A DNA stretch of 35,600 nucleotides from an uncultured Fastidiosipila sp. (GTDB taxonomy: Bacteria > Bacillota > Clostridia > Saccharofermentanales > Fastidiosipilaceae), in NCBI GenBank assembly GCA_964548975.1, contig CAZJTS010000001.1, forward strand, positions 1-35,600, in the 5' to 3' direction. Within the stretch, counting starts at the first letter, position 1. The number at the start of each line of letters is the position of its first letter. Positions 16,542 to 25,141 of this stretch are shown piece after piece. The position numbers and the translations under genes are program-made. Below the pieces are notes generated by a model that saw nothing but the letters and a program-made list of their open reading frames with translations, did not search any database and had not been told where the DNA came from.

Positions 16542-18650
16542 TTACGGCAGCCGGCGGACACGCCAGTCTGCCTGACGCTCAGACAGGTTCGCAATCCGCT
16601 TATGGCAGGTAAAGAGCAGAATCTGCCTGCCCTGATTCGCGAGCGTACCCAGCAGAGCTAAGCCCTCACTCGTGCGTTTGTCGTCGTAATTCATGAAGAG
16701 GTCATCCAGGAGCAGCGGCAAAGTCTGGCCGGCGCTCAGATGATCCGTAAGCGCTAAACGAAACGCCAGCCACAGCTGATCTTCGGTCCCACTGCTGAAA
16801 TGCTCAGGGCTGTAGTAGTGGCCATGGAGCGAGTCTCGCATGCGGATCGTAAAATCGTCCTCAACATGCAGGGTGTCGTAGCGGCCGCGGGTCAGGCGTT
16901 TCAGGTAGATCCCGGCATTCTGGGCCAGCATAGGTAGGAGCGATTCTCGCAGCTCCAGGAGGCTCGCGGCCAGGGTTTCCTCGGCTAGAATCAGCGCCTT
17001 ATGGCGCTGCCTGAGGCCGTCCAGTCTTTCTCTGAGTTCCGCCAGCTCGGGGCTAAGCTCCTCGATCCGCACCGCAGGGGCCAAGGGCTGCCCGCTCACC
17101 GGATGGCGCAGCATGGCTTCCAATCGCACCCTTGTTTCGAAGAGCTCCCGGGCGGCCGACTCTTCGGCGGCTTTGGCCCGGCGATAAGCTTCCCTGGCCT
17201 GATCCGCCTGCCTATAATCCGCCTGCCCCGAGGGATCGAGCCCAAGGTCTGCCAGTAACGCCGCCTGCTCGTTCAGATGTCGGCCAAAATCCGGCCCCAG
17301 CGTTTCCCGCTCGGCCTCTGCGAGCGCTGACTGAAGCTGAATCTGTTTCGCTAAGCTCTTGTAATCCTCGTTAAGTTCACGGGTTCGGTTGAGAAAGGCC
17401 TGGGGGCTGTCGTCGCCCAGACCGAGTGTCTCTAGCTCGGCCAGGAAAGTGTGCCGGCGGATTTTCAGATCGGCCTCCTGCTTCGTTCGAGCCTGATGCT
17501 TGGCTGAAAGGAGCTTGCCGGCCAGTTGCTCACGGAACATGCTGAGCGTCACGCCCAGGGCGATGAGCACTACGGCCAGCGCCACCGCGGGTACAGCGAG
17601 ATTACTTAAGTAGAGCAGGAGCGCCGCTGCCAAAAGCAGAAGGATGCCGCCGCCTAATAACACTTTGCTGTAGAGTTTTTGGGTGTCTGTCGTATCTCGG
17701 GCGATCGCGGCAAGCCGCTCGCGCTTCTCCTCGAGCTCGCTGTCTGTCGCCAATAGGTTGTTGATCTTGGCTGTGCGTCCGGCGACATCCGAACCATAAG
17801 GGCTCAGGAGCTCCTCGAGTTGCGTCGCCTCCGCCACCATGGCTTCGAGTTGCCGTTGCGGTAACTCCGCCAGGCGCTGGCGCTCTTTGTCCTCCAGATA
17901 ATCGTGGAGGAGGACGTCTCGCCTCAGTGCTTCGATTCCGGAACTCGCCTCATCCTGGCGCTCGCGAAGTGTCTCCAGGTCCTCACTCAGGCGGGCAGAT
18001 TCATCGAGGAGCGTCTGAAGCTGGCGGATTTCCTCCGTGAGTTCAGCCTCTTTTTGTTCGAGCGTAGGAATTTCGCCTTTTTTGCCGCTGGCGGAGAGCA
18101 GTGCCAGGCGCGCTTTACGCAGGCGCTCCTCCACCTGAGCCGCAGTCACCTGCTGGTCGGGATTGACGAGAAAGTCTGATAAAGTCTCCCAGAGTTTTTG
18201 CTCAGTCTGAGGTGATTTCTCGAGGCCGGGCCCGCTACTCTCAACGGAGACACTGTTCCGGAACACCTCCCGGGACAGGCCGAACAGTTCGATGCCCGGT
18301 TGATCCGGGTCCTGGAGTTCCACCTTTCGGTTGTGGTCTAGATCCGTCAGGGTCACTTGGTCGAGCCCTTTTCTTTGGCCGAAGCTGCGGCTGAGTTCGT
18401 AAGATATGCCGTCGCGGATGAACCAGACGGTGCCGCCCATGGCCGAGCCGTCCCGCGGCTGATAGCGCTCTCTGAGGTTGTCCGGCCCGCGCCGTTCGCC
18501 GAGCCCATAGAACATCGCCCGGATGAAGGTCAGCAGGGTGGTTTTGCCGCGCTCATTGGGTCCGTAGAAGACGGTGGCACCGGCGCCGGTTTTGAGGGAA
18601 TAGTCTTTCAGCCCACCGAAGGCTTGGATGTAAAGTGCTCTGATCTCCAT
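16542..18650 (-). CDS. YhaN-like AAA/SMC-type ATPase (Rad50/SbcC-like head, coiled coil, central TM hairpin)
   Basis: The N-terminal Walker A is FYGPNERGKTTLL. The middle of the protein is long, Glu/Leu/Arg-rich coiled-coil sequence. It is interrupted by a hydrophobic segment, VLLGGGILLLLAAALLLYLSNLAVPAVALAVVLIALGVTL. The C-terminal part has the signature-like FSSGTEDQL and Walker B LPLLLDD. It starts 9 nt downstream of the SbcD-like gene. Confidence 0.75.
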   Translation of the reverse strand: MEIRALYIQAFGGLKDYSLKTGAGATVFYGPNERGKTTLLTFIRAMFYGLGERRGPDNLRERYQPRDGSAMGGTVWFIRDGISYELSRSFGQRKGLDQVTLTDLDHNRKVELQDPDQPGIELFGLSREVFRNSVSVESSGPGLEKSPQTEQKLWETLSDFLVNPDQQVTAAQVEERLRKARLALLSASGKKGEIPTLEQKEAELTEEIRQLQTLLDESARLSEDLETLRERQDEASSGIEALRRDVLLHDYLEDKERQRLAELPQRQLEAMVAEATQLEELLSPYGSDVAGRTAKINNLLATDSELEEKRERLAAIARDTTDTQKLYSKVLLGGGILLLLAAALLLYLSNLAVPAVALAVVLIALGVTLSMFREQLAGKLLSAKHQARTKQEADLKIRRHTFLAELETLGLGDDSPQAFLNRTRELNEDYKSLAKQIQLQSALAEAERETLGPDFGRHLNEQAALLADLGLDPSGQADYRQADQAREAYRRAKAAEESAARELFETRVRLEAMLRHPVSGQPLAPAVRIEELSPELAELRERLDGLRQRHKALILAEETLAASLLELRESLLPMLAQNAGIYLKRLTRGRYDTLHVEDDFTIRMRDSLHGHYYSPEHFSSGTEDQLWLAFRLALTDHLSAGQTLPLLLDDLFMNYDDKRTSEGLALLGTLANQGRQILLFTCHKRIANLSERQADWRVRRLP

Positions 18651-18659
18651 ACTTCTACC

Positions 18660-19751
18660 TCACACCTGATCGCTGCGGAAGGCATCAAGGCCGAGGCGGA
18701 GGGCTTCGGCAGCTAACCCATCATCAGAGCGGCTAAGTCGGCGGTAGAAGAGCCCGCGCAGAGAATCCTCCGCCCGGAGCCCCTCGTGGTCGATGTGCGG
18801 GGCCGTTCGATCCAAAAGTCCGCTCAGTTGATAACCCTCGTCTTTCAGCCTCTGGCTGAGCAGTTCGGTGTCCGGAACGTAGCTGCCGCCGTTTTCGCCG
18901 GTCAGGGTCAGGTACCAGATCGGGTCGGTTGAAGGGATCTGATTCAGGATTTCGGCGATCGCCTGTTCGTGGTCCAGGGGGGCGTTGAGGCTGACCTCGA
19001 GGTTACGGTATTCCGTGCGGGCCAAAGCCACGAATCTCGCCTCCTGCCAACGAGCGTCCTGGAACTCCAGCACGAAGCAGCCGCGGCTCCCCTCATCCAG
19101 GCGGTTCAAGCCCTGAGGCGTGCCGGCGTACGCGTAACGGCAGGCGCCGGCCACGCGGATGTTTCGGTCGGGCTGGTGGATATGGCCGAGAGCCACATAA
19201 TTAAAGGGACTCCGGGCGAGATCTGCAGCACTTAAATCATTGTAGAGCCCGCTGCCGGCGGGGAGCTCAGCATGGATGAGGGCCAGTGCCAAGGGGCAAT
19301 TGTCGAGCTCGCCCCGGGCTTTGGCCGATTCATAAGACTCGATCAGGGCCGGGAGGAGCTCTGTTCGCTGATATAGATTGCGAAAACCCGCGCCGCTAAC
19401 GGACACGCCCAGTTGCTCCAGGGCAATAGTCTCGGGATCGACGAGGATATGAATGTGCTCCGGCCAGGCTTGGCGGTAGGGCGAGAGGAGATCGGCAGGA
19501 TCGTGGTTGCCGGGGGTCAGGAAGATGGGAATCGAGAGGTCAGCGAGCAGAGTTCTAACGCGCGAAAGCTCCTCAGCGCTGATCTGCCCCTGTTCTAGAA
19601 TGTCGCCGGCCAGAAGCAGGAGATCCGCTTGGGTCTCGCGGCACAGCTCCAACAGCGACCTGAATACGTCGAATCGTTCCTCGCGTCGCGCCCGGTCCCT
19701 GCCTGCACCGAGGTGAAGATCTGCTGCGTGTATGACCCTGAGTTTTCCCAT
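18660..19751 (-). CDS. YhaO/SbcD-like calcineurin-type metallophosphoesterase (DNA repair exonuclease family)
   Basis: Metallophosphoesterase motifs are present: IHAADLHLG, LLLAGDILE, TPGNHD and ALGHIH. SD GGGAGG lies upstream of ATG 19751. Confidence 0.8.
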   Translation of the reverse strand: MGKLRVIHAADLHLGAGRDRARREERFDVFRSLLELCRETQADLLLLAGDILEQGQISAEELSRVRTLLADLSIPIFLTPGNHDPADLLSPYRQAWPEHIHILVDPETIALEQLGVSVSGAGFRNLYQRTELLPALIESYESAKARGELDNCPLALALIHAELPAGSGLYNDLSAADLARSPFNYVALGHIHQPDRNIRVAGACRYAYAGTPQGLNRLDEGSRGCFVLEFQDARWQEARFVALARTEYRNLEVSLNAPLDHEQAIAEILNQIPSTDPIWYLTLTGENGGSYVPDTELLSQRLKDEGYQLSGLLDRTAPHIDHEGLRAEDSLRGLFYRRLSRSDDGLAAEALRLGLDAFRSDQV

Positions 19752-19914
19752 AACGCCTCCCTTTCTTTCGTAATACTATAGCATGCGCCGGGGGGCGAAA
19801 GTGGGATATATCCGGGTCTTTTACGGTGCTAGTGGCAGGCCAGAGAAGCACGACACAGGTTTCTGACGGGCAGTTCCAGTATAATAGGGGAATGCAAAAT
19901 TAAGGGGGGTACCG

Positions 19915-21444
19915 ATGGAAAACGGTGTCATGTTTCAATCATTCGAATGGGAGATGGAATCTACGGGGGAGTTCTATAACGAACTGGCTGCCTTAGCGCC
20001 GGATCTCGCGCAGCGGGGTATTGATGCCGTTTGGCTTCCGCCGGTCTACAAGGCCACCTCCGTCTGGGACGTCGGCTACGGCGTTTACGATCTTTTCGAC
20101 CTGGGGGAGTTCGACCAGAAAGGGGACGTACGTACCAAATATGGGACGAAGGACCAGCTTTTGGCCTGCATCCAGGCGCTGAAAAACGAGAACATCGCCG
20201 TTTATATGGACGTCGTCCTGAACCACAAAGCCGGTGCAGACTACTCGGAAGTCTTCAAAGCCACTCCGGTGAACCAGGAAAACCGCCTCGAAGAAGTCGG
20301 CGACACCAGGGACATCGAAGCCTGGACAGGTTTCAACTTCCCCGGACGCCAGGGCAAATATTCAGAATTTGAGTGGTTCCATCAGCACTTCAACGGCGTG
20401 GACTTCGACCAGCGCAGCGGCGAAACCGGGATCTTCCGGGTGGAAGGCGAGAACAAAGGCTGGGCCTACGGCGTTTCCGGCGAAAAAGGTAATTTCGACT
20501 ATCTGATGTTCGCGGATATCGACCACAACCATCCGGATGTCCGCAACGAGCTTTTCGCCTGGGCTGACTGGTTCATCGCAGAGACCGGCTGCGACGGTTT
20601 CCGCATGGATGCGATCAAGCACATCGACGACCACTTCCTCGATGACTTCTCAGGCCACATCAAAGATAAGTATGGCCCCGAGTTCTACCTCTTCGGCGAA
20701 TACTGGTCCCCCCGCCTGGACAACGCCAGCGAATACCTCTACGAAGTCCGCTACAACATGGACATCTTCGACGTCGGGCTCCACTTCCACCTTGAGCAGG
20801 CCTCCTCGAACGAACACTACGACCTGCGAAAGATTTTCGATAACACCGTGGTCAAAGCCTATCCCGGAAATGCCGTCACCTTCGTGGACAACCACGACTC
20901 ACAACCCGGCCAATCACTGGAATCCTGGGTCGGCCGGCACTTCAAGGAGCGGGCCTATGCGCTCATCCTCCTGCGCAAAGACGGCTACCCCTGCATCTTC
21001 TCCGGGGACTATTACGGTATCCACGGCGGCCCTGTCCCCCAGGAAAATCTCCAGTACGACATCAATCGCCTGCTGGAAGTGCGCCACAATTTCGCCTACG
21101 GCGAGCAAACCGACTTTTTCCAACAGGAGCAGGCCATCGCCTGGACGCGCCACGGCGACGAAAACCACCCTGGCCTTCTCGCGGTTGTCATGTCGATGAA
21201 GGAAGAAACCTCCCTGCATCTGAGCTTCGGTCCTGACCATGCCGGCAGAGAGTTCCACGATTACCTGAACCGCTACCAGCACACCATTACTTTGGACGAA
21301 AACGGCGACGCCGACTTCCCCGTCCAAGGCGCCAGCCTCTCCTGCTGGATCACGGGCCTCGATGAAGAGCACCAGGATGATCTGATCTCCCTGAAGAGCA
21401 TCGAAGAGCGCAGCGCTGAGGAGCATTTGACGGCCGGGGAGTAG
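19915..21444 (+). CDS. Cytoplasmic GH13 alpha-amylase (no signal peptide)
   Basis: The GH13 conserved regions are present: DVVLNHK, GFRMDAIKHI, FGEYW and FVDNHDSQPGQ. The N-terminal NGVMFQSFEWEM and GIDAVWLPPVYKA resemble Bacillus licheniformis / E. coli AmyA-type enzymes. Confidence 0.92.
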   Translation: MENGVMFQSFEWEMESTGEFYNELAALAPDLAQRGIDAVWLPPVYKATSVWDVGYGVYDLFDLGEFDQKGDVRTKYGTKDQLLACIQALKNENIAVYMDVVLNHKAGADYSEVFKATPVNQENRLEEVGDTRDIEAWTGFNFPGRQGKYSEFEWFHQHFNGVDFDQRSGETGIFRVEGENKGWAYGVSGEKGNFDYLMFADIDHNHPDVRNELFAWADWFIAETGCDGFRMDAIKHIDDHFLDDFSGHIKDKYGPEFYLFGEYWSPRLDNASEYLYEVRYNMDIFDVGLHFHLEQASSNEHYDLRKIFDNTVVKAYPGNAVTFVDNHDSQPGQSLESWVGRHFKERAYALILLRKDGYPCIFSGDYYGIHGGPVPQENLQYDINRLLEVRHNFAYGEQTDFFQQEQAIAWTRHGDENHPGLLAVVMSMKEETSLHLSFGPDHAGREFHDYLNRYQHTITLDENGDADFPVQGASLSCWITGLDEEHQDDLISLKSIEERSAEEHLTAGE

Positions 21445-21486
21445 GTTTTGGGGCTGATCGGTTCGCCGCGTGGCAATTGAACAGGT

Positions 21487-21508
21487 TGTAGAGAGATTTT
21501 TCTCTACA
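21487..21508 (+). terminator. Stem-loop 43 nt downstream of the amylase stop (possible terminator, no U-tract)
   Basis: TGTAGAGA (21487-21494) pairs with TCTCTACA (21501-21508) across a 6-nt loop. It is flanked by the direct repeat ACAGGTTG. There is no downstream T-run, so function is uncertain. Confidence 0.3.
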
Positions 21509-21590
21509 GGTTGCTGCACTGCCAGCGGACGGCAACCGAACAGGCTGTCGGAGGCCAATCCAAAGCCCAATTCCAAGGAACCAAATCAAC

Positions 21591-21619
21591 TTGACCGCAT
21601 TCTACCTCGGGCTTACAAT
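21591..21619 (+). promoter_or_regulatory. Sigma-A-type promoter driving the cobalamin riboswitch operon
   Basis: TTGACC (21591-21596) - 17 nt - TACAAT (21614-21619). The predicted start site at about 21626-21627 falls immediately before the riboswitch P1 strand. Confidence 0.65.
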
Positions 21620-21627
21620 AAGCCCAT

Positions 21628-21804
21628 GGATTCGGGTGCTGTCCTTTAGCGGCGATTCGCTAGCGGACAGATAATAGGGAATACAGTGAAATTCTGTAAC
21701 AGCCCCCGCTACTGTGATCATGAAGTACTCACATAGGCCACTGTTCTAACGAATGGGAAGGCGTGACGTACCAGGCATGAAGTCAGGAAACCTGCCCTCG
21801 ATCC
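21628..21804 (+). promoter_or_regulatory. Cobalamin (B12) riboswitch
   Basis: The conserved core is read directly: AATAGGGAATACAGTGAAATTCTGTAACAGCCCCCGCTACTGTGA (21672-21716). Also present are AGGCCACTGTTCTAACGAATGGGAAGG (21735-21761) and the B12 box AGTCAGGAAACCTGCC (21781-21796). P1 can form between GGATTCGGG (21628-21636) and CCCTCGATCC (21795-21804). A P2-like hairpin is CTGTCC..TAGCG..CGCTA..GGACAG. Block-by-block it resembles the E. coli btuB leader as I recall it. Confidence 0.92.
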
Positions 21805-21864
21805 ACGATCAGTTATCTTTCGGTGGGAAAGATGGGCTCGAAGTTTCTCGATAGCACTTCGTAT

Positions 21865-21897
21865 CCCTTCCCGCCACCCGCAGGAGGGGATTTTTTT
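21865..21897 (+). terminator. Riboswitch expression platform: intrinsic terminator that also sequesters the SD
   Basis: CCCTTCC (21865-21871) pairs with GGAGGGG (21883-21889), giving 7 bp including one G-U, followed by A plus T7 (21891-21897). The 3' arm is the SD AGGAGG of the first gene. The upstream GGTGGGAAAG (21822-21831) can pair with the CCCTTCCCGCCACC region as an antiterminator. Confidence 0.7.
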
Positions 21898-22807
21898 GTT
21901 AGAGATATTACGATTATTTTGGCCAAAGAAAAGGTCTCGCGCCAAGCTCGGGCTCGCCCTTGCCCTCGCGCTGACTGTTTCTGCCTGTAGCCCCAATCCG
22001 CCGGCTGAAACAGCTGCGCCGATAGCAGAGACCACACAAGCGACGGAAACTTCGCAGGTTGTTGAAACAACGGATCCGATCGTCTCTGAAACAACTTCGG
22101 AAACTGAGGAGAGCTCCGCACCGACAGAGCCTTCAACAACCGTGAGCGAAGAGACGACGACGACCGAGGCCACGACTACTACACAGACGACGTCGACGAC
22201 CACAACTTCAACAACGCCGGCGCAAACTACGACCCGTGCGACCACAACCCGGCCGACAACTCAGCCACCGACGACTGTAACTACGACTACTTCGACGAGC
22301 ACTACAACCACAACCACTGAACCCACGACAACTCAGGCACCCACAACCACTGAACCCACGACAACCGCAGCACCCACCACAACCCCCGCGCCCACCACTG
22401 TCGAGCCCACGCCGGTTCCGGAAGTGGTCTATTTCACCATCGATTACACCGAATTGCTGAATGCGAGTGATCGGGTGAAGGAGATGCTCCGGGAGAAGCG
22501 CGTCTGGGACCTCATCCCGTCCGTGGGTTTGGAGCCCAACGCCTCGCCGATCAATTGGCAGGACGGCGATACCGTGCTGAGCTTGTCGATCCGGGCTTTT
22601 GATGCCTACCGAATTCCCCGGGAGCTGCAGAATTTCGGTTTCGGGACGTACATCCGGAGCATCAAAATGATCGAAGAAAAGGTCGCCGGCCCTTCGTCCG
22701 GCTGGACCTACGAAATCAACGGGGTGCAAATCCCGCTCGCATCAGATAGCAAACCCCTCCAGCCGGGTGACAGTCTGGTTTGGAAATATGTCGTACCCGA
22801 AAATTAA
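21896..22807 (+). CDS. Lipoprotein with a long Thr-rich stalk and a C-terminal DUF4430 (transcobalamin-like) domain
   Basis: TTG start, 8 nt after SD AGGAGG. The signal peptide carries the lipobox LTVSAC (Cys31, nt 21986-21988). A stalk of about 145 aa dominated by Thr/Pro/Glu/Ala follows. The C-terminal domain carries FGTYIRSI...GPSSGWTYEINGVQIPLASDSKPLQPGDSLVWKY, the characteristic DUF4430 pattern. Confidence 0.8.
   Translation: MLEILRLFWPKKRSRAKLGLALALALTVSACSPNPPAETAAPIAETTQATETSQVVETTDPIVSETTSETEESSAPTEPSTTVSEETTTTEATTTTQTTSTTTTSTTPAQTTTRATTTRPTTQPPTTVTTTTSTSTTTTTTEPTTTQAPTTTEPTTTAAPTTTPAPTTVEPTPVPEVVYFTIDYTELLNASDRVKEMLREKRVWDLIPSVGLEPNASPINWQDGDTVLSLSIRAFDAYRIPRELQNFGFGTYIRSIKMIEEKVAGPSSGWTYEINGVQIPLASDSKPLQPGDSLVWKYVVPEN
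22314..22379 (+). repeat. Imperfect 33-nt tandem duplication inside the Thr-rich stalk coding region
   Basis: Unit 1 (22314-22346) is CCACTGAACCCACGACAACTCAGGCACCCACAA. Unit 2 (22347-22379) is CCACTGAACCCACGACAACCGCAGCACCCACCA. By my count 28 of 33 nt are identical. The units encode TEPTTTQAPTT and TEPTTTAAPTT. Confidence 0.8.
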
Positions 22808-22828
22808 CAGGCGAAAGTAGGTAGTATT

Positions 22829-25141
22829 ATGCGAAGCAAACTTGGTGTCCGGCTCAGTAGCTGGCTGTTGGTGACTCTCTTTTGGCTCTTGCCGATAGCG
22901 CAGAGCCAGGCGACAGAAGTGCCGCAAACGGCTGCAGAAACGGTGACGATCCGGATTCTGAACGAAGTTGTTGAAGAAAGTGAAGGTGCTGCCTGGTCAG
23001 GCGCATTCCTCGAGGCGACGGAAGTCCCTTGGGCGGAAGATCTGACGGCCAAAGCCGCCATAGAGCAGCTCGCTCAACAGGAAGAATTTACCGTAGACTT
23101 CCAGGACACGGCTTCCGGCTCTATGCTTACGGGCGTGGCCGGTCTCGATTCCACTCTGGTCCCCGAAGGCGCCACCTACTCCGGCTGGGGTTATTCCGTA
23201 AATGACCTGACTCCTTTCGAAGCGCTGGATCAGAAAGTGCTGGCGGCCGGCGATCAGCTGACCTTCTACTTTCAGACCGGTTGGCCCTCAATACAGGTTT
23301 CAATCGCGAACACCACTTATCCTGATGGTGCCTGGACCGGCGAACTGGCCAAAGGCGACTTCTACTACAGCCTCCCTGAGCATAAGGACGTCACGGCGCG
23401 CGAAGTGCTGGACACTTTCGCAAGCTACAACCAGGTCACTTTGAACTATGAATCCTCGTCCTGGGGCGATTATCTGACCACAGTGAACGGGCTCTCGACC
23501 ACGGAAGAGATTCCGGGCGCCGAGTGGGCAAGCTGGATGGCCAAAGTCAACGGCGCGGACAGCACTGAAGGTCTGGACACCCAGATCTTGAATCCGGGTG
23601 ACAGCCTCGAGCTCTATTTCCATGTGAATTGGTTGCCTGAGCCGACGGAGCCGACCGAAGCACCGACCGATCCTACCGAAACCAGCCCGGACGACTTCGC
23701 TGAAGCGGAACTCAAGGAACTTTCTGCTTTTTGGCCCGAATTCCGGGGTTCTTCTGATCATATGGCGATCCGGGAAGCCGGCGCCCCTCGCACAGCTGAG
23801 GAGACAGAGGTTCTCTGGTCCAAAACCTTCGGTGATCCGGCGAGCTGGTCGGGATTCTCGGGTCAACCCATTATCGTCAATAGCGAGCTCTGGCTCATTC
23901 ACGGCACGACGCTGGAAGCGCTGAATCCTGAAACCGGTGAAAGCCTGCGGACCAAATCCCTGCCCGTGGGCCAGGGCTATGCCAGCACGGCACCGCTCTA
24001 CGCGGAAGGTAGGCTCTTCCTGCCTTTGGACGGCGGCACGGTGCTCGCGCTGAACGCTGAGACCTGGGAGACTTTGTGGCAGTATCAGGATCCGAATCGG
24101 GGTCAGGCGCAGTCGCCTTTGGCCTATCGGGATGGCATCCTCTACGCTTCCTTCATGAACAGCGGCTCTGAAGGTGCTCTGGTGGCGCTCAATGTCGCCG
24201 ACGGCAGCGCGAGTTGGCGTCAGACCCAGCCCGGCGGTTTCTACTGGGCGGGTATGCAGGTGACAGCCGATTACCTCTTGAGCGGCAGCGAGTCGGGCGA
24301 CATTCTGGTGTATGATCGCCTGACCGGGACTTTGTCCGACAGTCTGGCCACCGGCGCCCCCGTAAGAAGTAGCATTATTACAAACGGGTCAAACTACTAT
24401 GTTGTCAATAGCCAGGGCGAGCTCGTGCGCTGGCAACTGTCCGCTGCGGGCAAGATCGAGCAGGTCAACAGACTCTCTCTCGGTAGCCCGGTCACGGCAA
24501 CGCCGGTAATTCTGGACGGCAAGCTCTATGTCGGTTCCACCCAGGTGTATTATGTGATCGATGCGACAACTTTGGCCAAAATCCGGGAAATCACCCTCCC
24601 CGGCTATGCCCAGGGCTCCCCGCTCGTCGTCACCGGAAATGGAGTGACCTTCTATACCACCGTAAACAGCTTGCCCGGTGCACTTTATGCGTTCGGGCCT
24701 GAGAGCGTTGAAGCCGAGACCCTCTTCCTGCCCGAAGCGGAGGGCTTCGCGGTCTCGTCGCCGATCCTGAGCCAGAGTGGTGCGATCATTTACCGAAATG
24801 ACTCAGGGACAGTCTTTGCGCTGCGTCGGTCAGTTACTGCGCCGAGTGAGACAACAGAGACTACGACGACACAAGCGCCGACGGAAACGACAACAGTTGC
24901 AACGACAACAACCACCGTTGCAACAACACTTGCAACAACTACCAACCAAACTCAAGCAACAAACACCCCAACCGCAGAGCCCACGACCACACCTGAGTCT
25001 GTCCCTGCAACCGGTGAGGGCAATGTTGGTTGGTTGATTGGCATCAGTTTACTGGTCGTTGCAGCCATACTCGTGGTGGTTATGCTGATCGTCCGCCGCA
25101 AGGATCTGGACCGCACGGAGGATCCGCGGGAGGATGAATGA
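22829..25141 (+). CDS. Cell-wall-anchored surface protein: signal peptide, 2x DUF4430, PQQ-like beta-propeller, Thr-rich stalk and LPXTG-type (VPATG) sorting signal
   Basis: The signal peptide is MRSKLGVRLSSWLLVTLFWLLPIAQSQA. Two DUF4430-like modules end in SGWGYSVNDLTPFEALDQKVLAAGDQLTFYF and WASWMAKVNGADSTEGLDTQILNPGDSLELYF. A PT linker follows. Repeated propeller blades of the form G.L.ALN..TGE..W include TLEALNPETGESL, TVLALNAETWETLW, ALVALNVADGSASW and ILVYDRLTGTL. The Thr-rich stalk is TETTTTQAPTETTTVATTTTTVATTLATTT. VPATGE (25001-25018) is followed by a hydrophobic helix and the RRKD tail. Confidence 0.8.
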   Translation: MRSKLGVRLSSWLLVTLFWLLPIAQSQATEVPQTAAETVTIRILNEVVEESEGAAWSGAFLEATEVPWAEDLTAKAAIEQLAQQEEFTVDFQDTASGSMLTGVAGLDSTLVPEGATYSGWGYSVNDLTPFEALDQKVLAAGDQLTFYFQTGWPSIQVSIANTTYPDGAWTGELAKGDFYYSLPEHKDVTAREVLDTFASYNQVTLNYESSSWGDYLTTVNGLSTTEEIPGAEWASWMAKVNGADSTEGLDTQILNPGDSLELYFHVNWLPEPTEPTEAPTDPTETSPDDFAEAELKELSAFWPEFRGSSDHMAIREAGAPRTAEETEVLWSKTFGDPASWSGFSGQPIIVNSELWLIHGTTLEALNPETGESLRTKSLPVGQGYASTAPLYAEGRLFLPLDGGTVLALNAETWETLWQYQDPNRGQAQSPLAYRDGILYASFMNSGSEGALVALNVADGSASWRQTQPGGFYWAGMQVTADYLLSGSESGDILVYDRLTGTLSDSLATGAPVRSSIITNGSNYYVVNSQGELVRWQLSAAGKIEQVNRLSLGSPVTATPVILDGKLYVGSTQVYYVIDATTLAKIREITLPGYAQGSPLVVTGNGVTFYTTVNSLPGALYAFGPESVEAETLFLPEAEGFAVSSPILSQSGAIIYRNDSGTVFALRRSVTAPSETTETTTTQAPTETTTVATTTTTVATTLATTTNQTQATNTPTAEPTTTPESVPATGEGNVGWLIGISLLVVAAILVVVMLIVRRKDLDRTEDPREDE

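Noticed and set aside
16542-19751. Interpreting the SbcD-like/SMC-like pair as an anti-phage defence system
   Set aside because: The gene order, sizes and central TM segment match the housekeeping Bacillus yhaO/yhaN arrangement. There are no accompanying defence-type genes or mobile-element context. This cannot be fully excluded without profile searches.
20537-21199. 220-aa plus-strand Ser/Thr-rich ORF inside the amylase gene
   Set aside because: It is an alternative frame of a gene whose main frame contains all the GH13 conserved regions. There is no independent evidence for it.
21718-22245. 175-aa and 108-aa minus-strand ORFs overlapping the riboswitch and the start of the lipoprotein gene
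   Set aside because: The Val-rich sequence is simply the complement of the ACN (Thr) codon runs. The 3' parts run through a well-supported cobalamin riboswitch on the other strand.
24880-24960. Repeated palindromic word GTTGCAAC in the propeller-protein stalk region
   Set aside because: It is explained by repeated Val-Ala-Thr codons (TTVATTTTTVATT) in a low-complexity coding segment. There is no evidence for a DNA-level function.
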